From Candidatus Latescibacterota bacterium (GTDB lineage: Bacteria; Latescibacterota; UBA2968; GCA-2709665): a DNA stretch of 64,000 bases. The notes beneath the pieces were generated by a model. That model was not told where the DNA came from, did no database searches, and saw nothing but the letters and a program-made list of their open reading frames with translations. Location: positions 80,583 through 144,582 of the forward strand of contig CAXXJS010000031.1 in the NCBI GenBank assembly GCA_963662665.2, given 5' to 3'. Positions 47,906 through 57,963 of this stretch are shown in pieces (the first letter of the stretch is position 1; every line of letters starts with the position of its first letter). The position numbers and the translations under genes were made by a program.

Positions 47906-49583
47906 TCGTTACGACCTGAACCGGTCCAGGATCCTCTTTCTGGGGGGATTGTTTGCTTTTTTTGTTTTTTTTCTTTTCTATCCCCTCTGGTATGCGTTTG
48001 TACGGGCCCTCTGGGTGAACGGAGAAATCTCGCTCGTGTTCTTCAAGCTGATGGCGGGCAATCCGGTCTATCGGGAAATGATCCTGAACAGTTTCCGCCT
48101 GGGCATGTTCACGACCATTGCAACCACGTTGCTGAGCCTGCCGATCGCATTCTTGCTGGTACGTTATGACTTCAGGGGAAAAAACCTCCTCAACGGTCTG
48201 ATCCTGGTGCCGATGGTCCTGCCGCCTTTCGTAGGCGCGATCGGGATGAAACAGATGTTCGCCCGATTCGGATCCATCAACCTGTTTCTGATCAAACTGG
48301 GAATCGTGGATCAACCGATCGATTGGTTCGGCGGCGGGTTTACGGGTGTGGTCATTCTGCAGGTGTTACACCTTTATCCCATCATGTTCCTGAACGTGGC
48401 CGCGGCGCTGGCTAATGTCGATCCCAGCCTCGAGGAAGCCGCCCGCAATATGGGCGCCAGCGGGTTCCGGCTCTTTCGCACCGTGACGTTTCCGCTGATG
48501 TTGCCTGGATATTTTGCCGGCGCGATCATTGTCTTCATATGGGCGTTTACGGACCTGGGGACACCGCTGATTTTCAACTATCGGCAGGTCGTGATGGTCG
48601 AGATATTCAACGCCATTTCAGACATCAACGAAAATCCCATGGCCTACGCGCTCGTGGTATTCCTGCTATTGCTGACCGTGTTGTTTTTCTATCTGTCCAA
48701 ACTGTTGCTCGGCAACAAACGGTACGAAATGGTGGCGCGTGGTCACGTGGGGTCCGCAACGCGTCGTGCCTCCAACAGGATGACCGCGCTGATCTACGCG
48801 ATTATGGTATCATTGACGGCTATCGCGCTGATTCCTCACATGAGCGTTTTTCTCACCTCGATTTCAGAGCGCTGGTTCATGTCGATCTGGCCCCAGGAAA
48901 TCACAGGCAAGTACTATCCGCTGGTCTATCGGCATCCGATAGCCGGCCCCAGCATTACAATGAGCCTGATGTTGAGTACGTTGAGCACGTTTTGCGACGT
49001 GATCCTTGGGATAGCCATTGCCTATCTGCTTGCCCGCACCCGTGTCCCGTTCCGGGGTGCGCTTGATTCGGTTGCGATGTTACCGCTGGCCCTGCCGGGG
49101 CCGGTGCTGGCCTTCGGATATCTGGCGGGATATTCGGGCACCATTCTGGATGCAAGACACAATCCCGTACCACTGCTTGTTATCGCATACGCGGTCAGAC
49201 GACTGCCATATATGGTCAGGTCGGCCTACGCCGGATTCCAGCAAACGAGTGTGGCCCTTGAGGAAGCCGCCCGGAATATGGGCGCTTCACCCCTTCGGAC
49301 GACCCTGCAGATTACCTTCCCGCTCATCCTGGCCAATCTGGTCGCCGGGGCCATTCTCTGTTTTTCTTTTGCCATGCTTGAAGTCAGCGATAGTCTGATA
49401 CTTGCGTTGAAGGCGCAATATTACCCCATTACAAAAGCCATCTACGCACTGATGGGCAGAATCGCTGATGGTCCATATATTGCCAGCGCAATGGGTATGC
49501 TGGGAATGCTGCTTCTCATGCTCAGCCTCTTTCTGGCCGGAAGGTTCCTGGGCCGCCGAATGGGAGAACTGTTCCGAGCTTAG
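47886..49583 (+). CDS. ABC permease (FbpB-type, two EAA loops)
   Basis: LEEAARNMGAS occurs twice; about 12 TM segments. Confidence 0.92.
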   Translation: MKTVLLDRYDLNRSRILFLGGLFAFFVFFLFYPLWYAFVRALWVNGEISLVFFKLMAGNPVYREMILNSFRLGMFTTIATTLLSLPIAFLLVRYDFRGKNLLNGLILVPMVLPPFVGAIGMKQMFARFGSINLFLIKLGIVDQPIDWFGGGFTGVVILQVLHLYPIMFLNVAAALANVDPSLEEAARNMGASGFRLFRTVTFPLMLPGYFAGAIIVFIWAFTDLGTPLIFNYRQVVMVEIFNAISDINENPMAYALVVFLLLLTVLFFYLSKLLLGNKRYEMVARGHVGSATRRASNRMTALIYAIMVSLTAIALIPHMSVFLTSISERWFMSIWPQEITGKYYPLVYRHPIAGPSITMSLMLSTLSTFCDVILGIAIAYLLARTRVPFRGALDSVAMLPLALPGPVLAFGYLAGYSGTILDARHNPVPLLVIAYAVRRLPYMVRSAYAGFQQTSVALEEAARNMGASPLRTTLQITFPLILANLVAGAILCFSFAMLEVSDSLILALKAQYYPITKAIYALMGRIADGPYIASAMGMLGMLLLMLSLFLAGRFLGRRMGELFRA

Positions 49584-49602
49584 CATACGGAGATTGCCGG
49601 AA

Positions 49603-50538
49603 ATGATCTACGTCGGTCTGGCTGTACTCTTGATTCTCGCAGTTGTCTTCAGTCTGACGCGAGGAAGGAGTCTGAGAATCGAGAGAAATCCTCAGGGAGA
49701 CGAAGCGCTGGCGGCAGAGGTGGCTGATATGGTGACCGAAGGCCGTACGGAACACCTGCCGGCGGTGAGACATCCGAAATTGGGAGGCGTGCTACACGAA
49801 TTGTTGACCCGCATGGGGATCGAGGCGGAACAGGTACTGGTCAGCCGTGGGTATACACGCGACGGCGGCGGAACGGGCGCCCCTGAAGAACAGTCCCGCA
49901 ATCTGAGGGTTCTTGATCCGGCGGAAACCATGATGCAGATTGTCGAGCAGGCGTTGCTGGTGGGAATTCAGGTTGCGCGTGTGGACGACGATTACGCCGG
50001 TGTGGGCGATGACCATCTTGACCTGGAGGCGCTTGCGCGCAAAGCCGAAGCCATTGAAATGGATCTCTTCGGCGCGGGGAAGCGCGATCGTTACGTGTTT
50101 TACGGCAAGGCCGCACTGGTGCTACAGGATATGCTCGAGGATGAAAGAGAAGCCGCTCGCAGGGAGGTCCTTCGAGGGCTGCTGAAGATGGTCGACGGCC
50201 GGATCGAGGCCTTCCAGGAGGAACTGGACAGGTCGATGGCATATATCCCGGAACCGGATACGTTGAGGTGGGGAGACAAGAGAGATCGGCAGTTGTATTA
50301 TTTCAAGATGGGCGTGACGAATTCGCTCAGACGAAGCGGACAGCTGGAGAGCCTGGGGCATCTCTACCGATACAGAGGGGTGAATTACGATGTCCAGGAA
50401 GCATACGATATGGCTGCCGAGGAGTGTCCGCAGCTCTTCGCGGCCGACGTGATCGGCATTGACGGCTTGCTTCAGATGGGGGCAGGTGAGGTCCGGGCGC
50501 TGGCACGGCAGGCCCTGCCGGAAGGCGGGCGGCGTTAA
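49603..50538 (+). CDS. membrane-anchored hypothetical protein
   Basis: N-terminal TM MIYVGLAVLLILAVVFSL and a helical body; GGAG upstream of ATG 49603. Confidence 0.65.
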   Translation: MIYVGLAVLLILAVVFSLTRGRSLRIERNPQGDEALAAEVADMVTEGRTEHLPAVRHPKLGGVLHELLTRMGIEAEQVLVSRGYTRDGGGTGAPEEQSRNLRVLDPAETMMQIVEQALLVGIQVARVDDDYAGVGDDHLDLEALARKAEAIEMDLFGAGKRDRYVFYGKAALVLQDMLEDEREAARREVLRGLLKMVDGRIEAFQEELDRSMAYIPEPDTLRWGDKRDRQLYYFKMGVTNSLRRSGQLESLGHLYRYRGVNYDVQEAYDMAAEECPQLFAADVIGIDGLLQMGAGEVRALARQALPEGGRR

Positions 50539-50564
50539 TCTACTGATTCGAAGATAAACGGGCG

Positions 50565-50595
50565 AAGCCGCCACGCAACGCGTGGCGGCTTTTCT
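50565..50595. terminator. terminator hairpin between convergent genes
   Basis: AAGCCGCCACGC-AAC-GCGTGGCGGCTT-TTCT. Confidence 0.75.
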
Positions 50596-50604
50596 GTTTC
50601 CATT

Positions 50605-50877
50605 CTACTCTTGTGACTTTTCGTAATAGGGCCGGACGCGTTCGATGACTTCCACGTCCAATTTGCATTCGGACACGATTTGCGTGAATTCCTCTGCCGG
50701 CATGCCGAGTTCCTCCAGGAACTTCCGGTCGGCCGGTCACGGGTAGACGTAGTCGCCGATGTTGTTCCGCAGCATGGCCCGGGCTTTGTCCGTAATCCGT
50801 GGCAGCCAGGGGATACCGCCCATGGCAAGCGTTCGCCCGCGTGGACGGAATTCGATGGACTCGTGCATGGTATCCAT
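50605..50877 (-). CDS. DUF5069-like protein with in-frame TGA, predicted selenoprotein (90 aa)
   Basis: AAGGAG RBS; MDTMHESIEFRPRGRTLAMGGIPWLPRITDKARAMLRNNIGDYVYP-TGA-PADRKFLEELGMPAEEFTQIVSECKLDVEVIERVRPYYEKSQE-TAG. TGA at 50739-50737, followed by a SECIS-like hairpin. Confidence 0.8.
50700..50736 (-). promoter_or_regulatory. candidate bacterial SECIS element
   Basis: After UGA: CCGG CCGA ccgga AGTTCC TGGA GGAACT CGG catg CCGG. The apical loop starts 19 nt after UGA and has G in its second position. Confidence 0.65.
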
Positions 50878-50961
50878 CTGGTCGGCTCCTTTCCGAATAG
50901 GGGTTGAATGTTAAAAAGATACGCGCAATCCGGTACAGAAGCAAATGCATATTCCGGTTAG

Positions 50962-51039
50962 CAATCCGTTGAAAAAGTCGCGCCTTGTCTTCGACCACAT
51001 GAGCCGGACGCAGCCCGGATGGACTTTTTCAACGGGCTG
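50962..51039. mobile_element. MITE copy 3 (78 bp)
   Basis: CAATCCGTTGAAAAAGTCGC...CCGGATGGACTTTTTCAACGGGCTG; flanks TTAG and TCAG. Confidence 0.78.
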
Positions 51040-51052
51040 TCAGGGGCTTACT

Positions 51053-51634
51053 TTACTGGCCTCGGCCAACCTTCCGGTAGATGGATAACGAAGTGCCGCC
51101 GTAGGTCTTCCGCATGCGCAATGACAGGCGCCGCGCGGCTGCGGGCAACTCCAGGTCTGCGACGTGTTGAATGAGGATGTGTCCCGACGGAGCAACAAGC
51201 GCGGATCCGCTCAGACGGGTGAGCACCGCGAGGGCGAACGGAACGTCGTTCAGTCGTTGCAGGTAAGGCGGGTCCGCGTATATAACGTCAAAATGCCGTT
51301 GTTCCGACTCAAGCAGCGGCACGAGTCTCTCGACGGGCTGATTCAGCAGGCGGATCTGTTTTTCCAAACCCCAGTCATTCAGCAGCTTTGAAATAAAGCC
51401 GTGCCTGCCGCGATTCGCTTCGTTCAGAAGCACCCTTGCGCCCCGGCTGTACGCCTCGAGTCCGATCTGACCCGAACAGGAAAAGAGGTCGAGAAAATAA
51501 ACGTGCTCAAGGCTGGCGCCCAGAATCGTGAATGCGGCCTCTTTGATCCTTCCCGGCGTTACACGGGCGTCGTCGTGTTTCCCGACGTCAAACGGAATGA
51601 TCCGGCCTTTAAGTTTACCCGTGACGATGCGCAT
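51053..51634 (-). CDS. rsmD: 16S rRNA m2G966 methyltransferase RsmD family
   Basis: MRIVTGKLKGR, IKEAAF, FLDLFSCSGQIGLEAYSRGA, FDVIYADPPY, KTYG. Confidence 0.88.
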   Translation of the reverse strand: MRIVTGKLKGRIIPFDVGKHDDARVTPGRIKEAAFTILGASLEHVYFLDLFSCSGQIGLEAYSRGARVLLNEANRGRHGFISKLLNDWGLEKQIRLLNQPVERLVPLLESEQRHFDVIYADPPYLQRLNDVPFALAVLTRLSGSALVAPSGHILIQHVADLELPAAARRLSLRMRKTYGGTSLSIYRKVGRGQ

Positions 51635-51782
51635 GAGAACAAACAAGCTACTGAAGAGTCGGTCGTCGCCTGCGCCACATGAGATCTGGTGTCGCGCCAC
51701 GGCGGGTTCGATCGAATTCGCGGCAAGTTGAAAAGGTGTTTCCGGGAGAATCAGTCCGACGAATGCGCGACGTGATTCCGCC

Positions 51783-54779
51783 TTAGAATCCCTCCAGCCT
51801 GCTCAGGTCCGCAATGCCGTCCGCAAGAGAGGCAATCCGCTGAACCAGAGCAAGGCGGGCGCGGCGAAGCACGGGATCTTCATCCATCACCAGGACTTCC
51901 TCGAAGAAGCCGTTAATTGGATCGCGCAGGTCGGCCAGCACCCTTTCCAGGGTTTCGATTTTGATTTCCGAACGATCCATGCTGCGGCGGGCGACCCGCC
52001 AATTCTGATCCAAGCTGCGCGAGGAAGGGGCTGGATCCGCGTCCGGATTCAATGGATGGATTTCATCCAGGTTCCGAACAATCCGTTTGCAACGCGCATA
52101 CGCATGAAGCGTTTCCGTCCAGTCTTCCGAACGTACCATGCGATCGAGGCCTTCCACGATGCGGCGGAACCCGAAAGGGGCGTCGCATCCGCCCGCAAGC
52201 GTGGCCTCGACGACGTCGTGGCGAAAACCTTCCTCTTTCAGCTGTACGCCCAGGCGGCGCAGGATGAACTCATGTGCGTCGCTAAGTCGATCGGAATCGA
52301 TTCGGATAGGCAAACCCGTTGCCGCCGCCTCCAGGCCTTTCTTCAGGGAGAAATGACAACGTCTCCCGATGAGTAGTGCCAGAAGGCCCAGCGCGTCCCG
52401 TCGCAGCCCAAAGGGATCGGCTGTAGACCGGGGCTTGATTCCGGCGCAGAACAGGCCGGCCAGGCTGTCCAGCCGGTCGGCTACGGAAACCGCAAATCCA
52501 GATTCGCTCGAAGGCAGTACATCGCCCGGAAACCGGGGGAGATAGTGTTCCTGGATGGCTGCGGCCACTGCGTCGGTCTCGCCGGACGACAGGGCGTAGT
52601 AACGGCCCATTACGCCCTGGAGGGCCGTTATTTCAACCACCATACCGGTTGCCAGGTCGGCTTTGCAGAGACGGGCTGCTCTTTTCGCAGTGTTCGTTCC
52701 ATGTTCCGTTAGACCCAGATCGTTTGCAACAACGGCGAGTAGTCGCTCGATTCGCTGGCTCTTGTCCCTTACGGAACCCAGTTTCTCCTGGTAGGTGAGG
52801 GTATCCAACCTCGGCAGGTAGTCTTCCAGGGGTTTTCGGCCGTCTTCCCTGTAAAAGAAGGCGGCGTCTGCATATCTGGCGCGAACGACGCTCTCGTTCC
52901 CGCGCACGACGGGGCCGGAATCGGCCGGCCGGCCGTTGGATACGGCCACGAACCAGGGCATTAGCCTGCCGGTGTGCGGGTGAACGACAGGGAAGTTGCG
53001 CTGGTATTTCTTGAGTACGGTAACCAGAACCTCCTCCGGTAGTTCAAGATGGGATTCATCGAAACCGCCGCGCAACGCGAAGGGCGCTTCGACCAGGTCG
53101 GTAACTTCGTCGAGTAGATCCGGATCTTTTTGTACGCTTCCGCCCACCAGACGCGCCTGTTCGAGAACCTGTTTCCAGATGGCTTGTCTTCGCCGATCGC
53201 GGTTCACAATCAGGCCTCGTTCTTCCATCTGACGATGGTACCTGCCGGCAGATTCCAGCGGGACGCGTGGGGCGCCATCTGGCCTCGATCCACGGCTGGT
53301 GCGTCCACTCGGGATCCGGGCGAAGTGGAACGGGATAATCTGGTTGCCAAAAAGAGCGACAATCCATCGGAGAGGTCGGGGATAAGCGAATCCATCGGAG
53401 TCCCAGCGCATCGTTTTCGGGAAGTTCAGGCCCGCAATCAGTTTCGGAAGGAGTTGCGTGAGGATTTCCTGCGTTTCGAGTCCGGATTCGTGGCGCCGCG
53501 CGTAGACGTACGCAACGCCTTTGTCGTCTCTCCGGTGTTCCACGGAACCTGGAGGGATTCCCTGCCCGCGACAGAATCCTTCAAGCGCGCGCGTGGGTTT
53601 TCCACCGCCGTCGTATGCAGCCTTGACAGCCGGGCCGCGCACTTCCCGTTCACGGTCCGGCTGACGACCCTCAAGGTCCCTGACGCAGGCGACCAGCCGT
53701 CTTGGTGTGCCCGAAATTTCGACGCCGCCGTATCCAAGCCTCTGTTCCATGAGAAGCGCGGGCAGACGTTTTTCGAGTTGCTCGATGCCGGACCGCACGT
53801 CGTGGGGCGGAAGTTCCTCTGATCCGATTTCCAGCAGAAGGTCGGCCCGCTCCAGGGATTTAAAGTTCCGTTGCGGCTGAGGGACCGCCGCGTCCTCAGT
53901 TTTCTTGATAAGGGGATGGCCGGAAGCTTCGCGCTGGCTGACAAAGCCCTCTGCGACCTGTCTTGCCAGATCGCGGATCCGGGCGAAGTACCGTGCACGT
54001 TCGGTAACGCCAATGGCCCCCCGGGTATCCAGAAGGTTGAAGGTGTGAGAGCACCGCAATACGTAGTCGTGTGCGGGAATGACGAGATTGCGGTCTATTG
54101 CCGCTCTGGCTTCCTCGAGGTAGAGATTGAACATCGTCTGCAGGCGTTCGACGTTTGCGTAATGGAACTCGTAGTTGCAATACTCCACTTCCTGCTGTCT
54201 GAGAATATCCCCGTAGGATACGCGCTCATTCCAGCGGAGTTGCCATACTTCGCGCACGTCCTGTACATACATGGCGATTCGTTCCATACCGTAGGTGATT
54301 TCCACGGACACGGGATCGAGCGACATGCCGCCGGCCTGCTGGAAATACGTGAACTGGGTGATTTCCAGGCCGTCCAGCCAGACCTCCCAGCCCAGGCCCC
54401 ACGCGCCCAGCCCGGGCGATTCCCAGTTGTCTTCCACGAAACGGACGTCGTGTTGCCCACGGATCAGACCCAACGCCTCCAGGCTCTCCAGGTAGAGTTC
54501 CTGGGGGTTGCCTGGTTCGGGTTTGAGAACAACCTGAAACTGCGTGTGCATCTGCATCCGGTTCGGATTCTCGCCGAATCGGCCGTCGTCGGGACGGAAG
54601 CTGGGCTCAACGTAGGCCACGTTCCAGGGCTCGGGTCCGAGTACGCGAAGCGCGGTACCGGGATTCCACGTACCTGCGCCCACCTTTTCGCTTAGCGGCT
54701 GCCAGATGATACACCCGTTATCCGCCCAGAATCGCTGGAGGCGGAGGATAAGATCCTGGAAAGTCGGTGTGGAACTCAC
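51783..54779 (-). CDS. glyQS: glycine-tRNA ligase, fused alpha and beta subunits
   Basis: Alpha: [47 protein letters not shown]. Beta: [35 protein letters not shown]. Single 998-aa ORF. Confidence 0.95.
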   Translation of the reverse strand: MSSTPTFQDLILRLQRFWADNGCIIWQPLSEKVGAGTWNPGTALRVLGPEPWNVAYVEPSFRPDDGRFGENPNRMQMHTQFQVVLKPEPGNPQELYLESLEALGLIRGQHDVRFVEDNWESPGLGAWGLGWEVWLDGLEITQFTYFQQAGGMSLDPVSVEITYGMERIAMYVQDVREVWQLRWNERVSYGDILRQQEVEYCNYEFHYANVERLQTMFNLYLEEARAAIDRNLVIPAHDYVLRCSHTFNLLDTRGAIGVTERARYFARIRDLARQVAEGFVSQREASGHPLIKKTEDAAVPQPQRNFKSLERADLLLEIGSEELPPHDVRSGIEQLEKRLPALLMEQRLGYGGVEISGTPRRLVACVRDLEGRQPDREREVRGPAVKAAYDGGGKPTRALEGFCRGQGIPPGSVEHRRDDKGVAYVYARRHESGLETQEILTQLLPKLIAGLNFPKTMRWDSDGFAYPRPLRWIVALFGNQIIPFHFARIPSGRTSRGSRPDGAPRVPLESAGRYHRQMEERGLIVNRDRRRQAIWKQVLEQARLVGGSVQKDPDLLDEVTDLVEAPFALRGGFDESHLELPEEVLVTVLKKYQRNFPVVHPHTGRLMPWFVAVSNGRPADSGPVVRGNESVVRARYADAAFFYREDGRKPLEDYLPRLDTLTYQEKLGSVRDKSQRIERLLAVVANDLGLTEHGTNTAKRAARLCKADLATGMVVEITALQGVMGRYYALSSGETDAVAAAIQEHYLPRFPGDVLPSSESGFAVSVADRLDSLAGLFCAGIKPRSTADPFGLRRDALGLLALLIGRRCHFSLKKGLEAAATGLPIRIDSDRLSDAHEFILRRLGVQLKEEGFRHDVVEATLAGGCDAPFGFRRIVEGLDRMVRSEDWTETLHAYARCKRIVRNLDEIHPLNPDADPAPSSRSLDQNWRVARRSMDRSEIKIETLERVLADLRDPINGFFEEVLVMDEDPVLRRARLALVQRIASLADGIADLSRLEGF

Positions 54780-54903
54780 GAATGGAATCCTTTCGGCGTT
54801 TTCACGGCCTGATCGGCTGGGACCATCGCTTCCGTCTGTCTTGTAATGATAAAGCCCGGACGATGCGCGCGGATTGCGCGAACCGGGCGACTCCCCGGCC
54901 GAA

Positions 54904-56124
54904 TCAAGGTAATCTGTCTCCCTGATCGGCGTTGGAAAATGTCTTTAGGGGCGTCAGGGAAACCCTGGATTTAACGTTCTTCTGAATCTGCTTGATCGCC
55001 CGTTCCACGTTCCTGACCTTTTTCCTGCTGTCGTAGACGGCAACCGTAAGTTCCAATTTGCGGGTCTCGCCGGCTTCGAGCGTGGCAACGCGACCATGAC
55101 TTCGCTCGAACGGTTTGGGATTGGGGTAGTTGGTAGCGGGTTCCAGACCGGTTACGTATCCGTCTTCGGTTGCCGCAGTGTTTTTCCAAAGCGTAAAGCA
55201 GGGCAGTTGTTTGAGCGAATAGTGAAGGCTGGATCCAAGGTCTCCCTTTGCGTTCTTGAGGAGGATCGCCGTCTGCCCGCTGCCCCTTTTTCCCGCCAGT
55301 TCGTAAAAATAGACCTGTTCAACAAATCCTGGCTCCGGCGCCCCGAACCTGTTATAGGCGTCCGCACCTTTCTGCGCCATGGCGTCTCTCGGGGATACGG
55401 ATCGGAGAGGTGCTACGAGGGCGCTGCCCTCTTCCAACAGCGGAGGCCCATAGTTACAATGGTATAACATCTGCAGTTCGGCGGGTCTGTTGTTAAGATT
55501 CGTAATTCTATCCGAAATAGTGAACGTGTTGGCGCCCGGTACCGTGGAAATACAGGTGGTCAACCGCAACGCGGGACCGAACATCATGGTTTCGTCTACA
55601 ACCCCGGTCACGGAGATGCGATGCGGGGGCGCCAGGTCGATGCACACCTCGACGTAGCGTGCGGGAATGTTTGCGATTTTTCCGTGAAGCGGGAGGAAGA
55701 CGTTGGCCTCGTTCCCATTGTTGTCGATGACGACGTCGTTTGTTGGCGCGCCGTTGCTTTCCAGACCGCAGCGAACGATCCATTCGTTGAAACCCTTCAG
55801 CCAGCCGAGGCCTCCCCGGTCGTTGGCGTCGACGTGAGCCGGATGAACCAGGTCGCGTGCCGGGGATTCCCAGCCGAGAGGGATACCCCTGTAGTTGCCT
55901 TTCCAGATGCCCATTCCCCGGGTCGGCACGATGAAGAATGAGAATGCGCCGTTGTCCACTTCGATCAGGTCGACGCCAGCCTGGAGGCCACCCTGAAGGG
56001 TTTTCTTTTCCACGCGCCACGAATGTCCCGTCCCCATGGACAGGGTTTCCTCATCTACATATCCGGACTCCACCCAGAGGGCGCGATCCACGTCGGTCAG
56101 CACGTGACGAAACTTGCCGCCCAT
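54904..56124 (-). CDS. aldose 1-epimerase family protein (DUF4432-like)
   Basis: [52 protein letters not shown]; AAGGAG RBS before ATG 56124. Confidence 0.8.
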   Translation of the reverse strand: MGGKFRHVLTDVDRALWVESGYVDEETLSMGTGHSWRVEKKTLQGGLQAGVDLIEVDNGAFSFFIVPTRGMGIWKGNYRGIPLGWESPARDLVHPAHVDANDRGGLGWLKGFNEWIVRCGLESNGAPTNDVVIDNNGNEANVFLPLHGKIANIPARYVEVCIDLAPPHRISVTGVVDETMMFGPALRLTTCISTVPGANTFTISDRITNLNNRPAELQMLYHCNYGPPLLEEGSALVAPLRSVSPRDAMAQKGADAYNRFGAPEPGFVEQVYFYELAGKRGSGQTAILLKNAKGDLGSSLHYSLKQLPCFTLWKNTAATEDGYVTGLEPATNYPNPKPFERSHGRVATLEAGETRKLELTVAVYDSRKKVRNVERAIKQIQKNVKSRVSLTPLKTFSNADQGDRLP

Positions 56125-56463
56125 GTAGAACTCCTTGTATAATAGGAGGTTGTAATGCGAAATTCGCTGCAGATCCAGAAGTCTGAATATACTGTACGCC
56201 CGGCGTTGTGTCAATGGAAGAAGGCCCGTGACTGCCATATAGTGACTGGCGTCCGGGACGATTTCCACTTTGCCGCGAACCCCGGGTTGCGTTGTGTGGA
56301 CGAGCAACCTGGACGGATGCGGTTTCCGCTTCGCGAAAGACATCGGCCGCATGTCTCGAATGATCTGTTCGGCAGGCAGGCCGTTCTGCGGGGCAACGGG
56401 CTGGCCGGCGCACGACGACGGTCGATGTCCGGTTCTCCGGAGTCCTTCGATTTTCTTGTATCC

Positions 56464-56492
56464 TTGACAAAACACGTACGGGTCTTTAGCAT
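56464..56492 (+). promoter_or_regulatory. sigma70-type promoter for the murC-like/ldcA/M48 unit
   Basis: TTGACA, 17-nt spacer, TAGCAT. Confidence 0.6.
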
Positions 56493-56541
56493 GGAATCAG
56501 TACCTACTTTGCGTTTCCGGCGAAAGGTGGAAGGAGAGGAC

Positions 56542-57906
56542 GTGGCGGCCCGAAAAACGGTCTTTTTCTGCGGGATCGGTGGCAGTGGAATGAGCGCGCT
56601 GGCGCAAGTGCTGCGTCATCACGGCCACGCTGTACGCGGTTCCGACCGCAGCCGGGACCAGGGACAGAACCACAGACTCTTCGAGCAGCTCGAGTCGCGA
56701 GGCATCGCGTTGTACCCCCAGGATGGTTCCGGCGTGGACGACGCGGTGGACGAACTGGTGGTATCGGCGGCGGTAGAAGAAGACATCCCCGACGTGCGCG
56801 CCGCGTTGCGCGGGGAGAAACCCGTCCGGAAACGCGCGGAGGTGCTGGCGGAGCTGTTCAACCGGGCGGCGGGGGTCGCCGTTGGCGGCACGAGCGGAAA
56901 AACCACCGTGGCCGGCATGATCGGTCACGTTCTGAGGAGGACGGGCAGAGACCCTACCGTGATTCTGGGAGGTGCGCTCCTGAATGAGTCGCCATCGCTC
57001 ACCGGCAATGCAATCTGCGGCAGTCCGGACCTGTCGGTGATCGAGGCCGATGAGAGCGACGGAACGATTGTCCTGTACGAGCCTTCGATTTCGGTGTTGA
57101 CCAATATTTCGCGGGACCACAAACCGCTCGAGGTTTTGATCGGGATGTTTCGGGAATTCGCGCAAAAAGCCCGTCGGGCCGCGGTAATCAATATGGACTG
57201 CGAGGCATCCGTGGCCCTTGGCGTGGACGGCATCGGATTTGGCGTGGAAAATGACCGGGCGCAGGTCTGCGCCGAGAAGGTCCAACCCCTCGCGGATGGC
57301 GTGGCGTTTGAAATCGAAGGGGTCGGATTTCGCATGTTGATCCCGGGCAGGCACAATATTTCCAATGCAGCGGCAGCCGTGGCCGCCTGCTCTTTATTGG
57401 GCGTCACGACCGGACAATCGGCGGATGCGCTGGCTGACTTTGCGGGTATCCGGCGGCGTCTGCAGGTGCTGGGGACCGCTGGCGGCGTGACTGTGATCGA
57501 CGACTTCGCGCACAATCCCGACAAGATTTCGGCGTCTCTCGCGACACTCAGGGAACAACAGGGGCGGCTGCTGGTTATGTTTCAGCCAACCGGATTCGCT
57601 CCAACGCGGTTTCTCAAGGATGGCTTGATCGCCGCTCTTTCGGATGGGCTGGAAAAGCATGACCTGCTTGCAATGCCGGAGATATTTTATGCGGGTGGCA
57701 CAGCTGTGCGGGATATCTCGTCGGAAGATCTGATTGACGCGATTTGCGAACACGGTATTCGTGCGGCATTTTTCCAGGAGAGAAAAGAGATCGCACGCTG
57801 GTTTTCGGAACAGGCGAGACCCGGCGACCGGGTGGTTATCATGGGAGCGCGCGACGACACACTGACCGATTTCGCCGCCGGGATATTGAAGTCGTTCGCA
57901 ACCTGA
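56542..57906 (+). CDS. UDP-MurNAc ligase, MurC/Mpl family
   Basis: FCGIGGSGMSALA, GSDR, GTSGKTT, IEADESDG, GRHNISNA, GIRRRL, IDDFAHNP; AAGGAG RBS, GTG start. Confidence 0.88.
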   Translation: MAARKTVFFCGIGGSGMSALAQVLRHHGHAVRGSDRSRDQGQNHRLFEQLESRGIALYPQDGSGVDDAVDELVVSAAVEEDIPDVRAALRGEKPVRKRAEVLAELFNRAAGVAVGGTSGKTTVAGMIGHVLRRTGRDPTVILGGALLNESPSLTGNAICGSPDLSVIEADESDGTIVLYEPSISVLTNISRDHKPLEVLIGMFREFAQKARRAAVINMDCEASVALGVDGIGFGVENDRAQVCAEKVQPLADGVAFEIEGVGFRMLIPGRHNISNAAAAVAACSLLGVTTGQSADALADFAGIRRRLQVLGTAGGVTVIDDFAHNPDKISASLATLREQQGRLLVMFQPTGFAPTRFLKDGLIAALSDGLEKHDLLAMPEIFYAGGTAVRDISSEDLIDAICEHGIRAAFFQERKEIARWFSEQARPGDRVVIMGARDDTLTDFAAGILKSFAT

Positions 57907-57963
57907 CGGACCGCGCACGTTTTTCGCCTGCGCGTCGTTTAACCTGCTGTTGGGAGAATTCTT

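Noticed and set aside
50737-50739. Genome-wide UGA reassignment (code 4 or 25)
   Set aside because: Many normal-length genes here end in TGA (trmJ, lnt-tatC, the aminotransferase), so UGA is a stop in general.
50535-50998. Track ORFs 50535..50828, 50540..50998 and 50680..50907
   Set aside because: They are shadow frames of the DUF5069-like gene and the MITE, with no recognisable motifs.
54780-54903. T-box leader for glyQS
   Set aside because: The region is too short and lacks the T-box consensus; it shows only a GC hairpin at 54854-54888.
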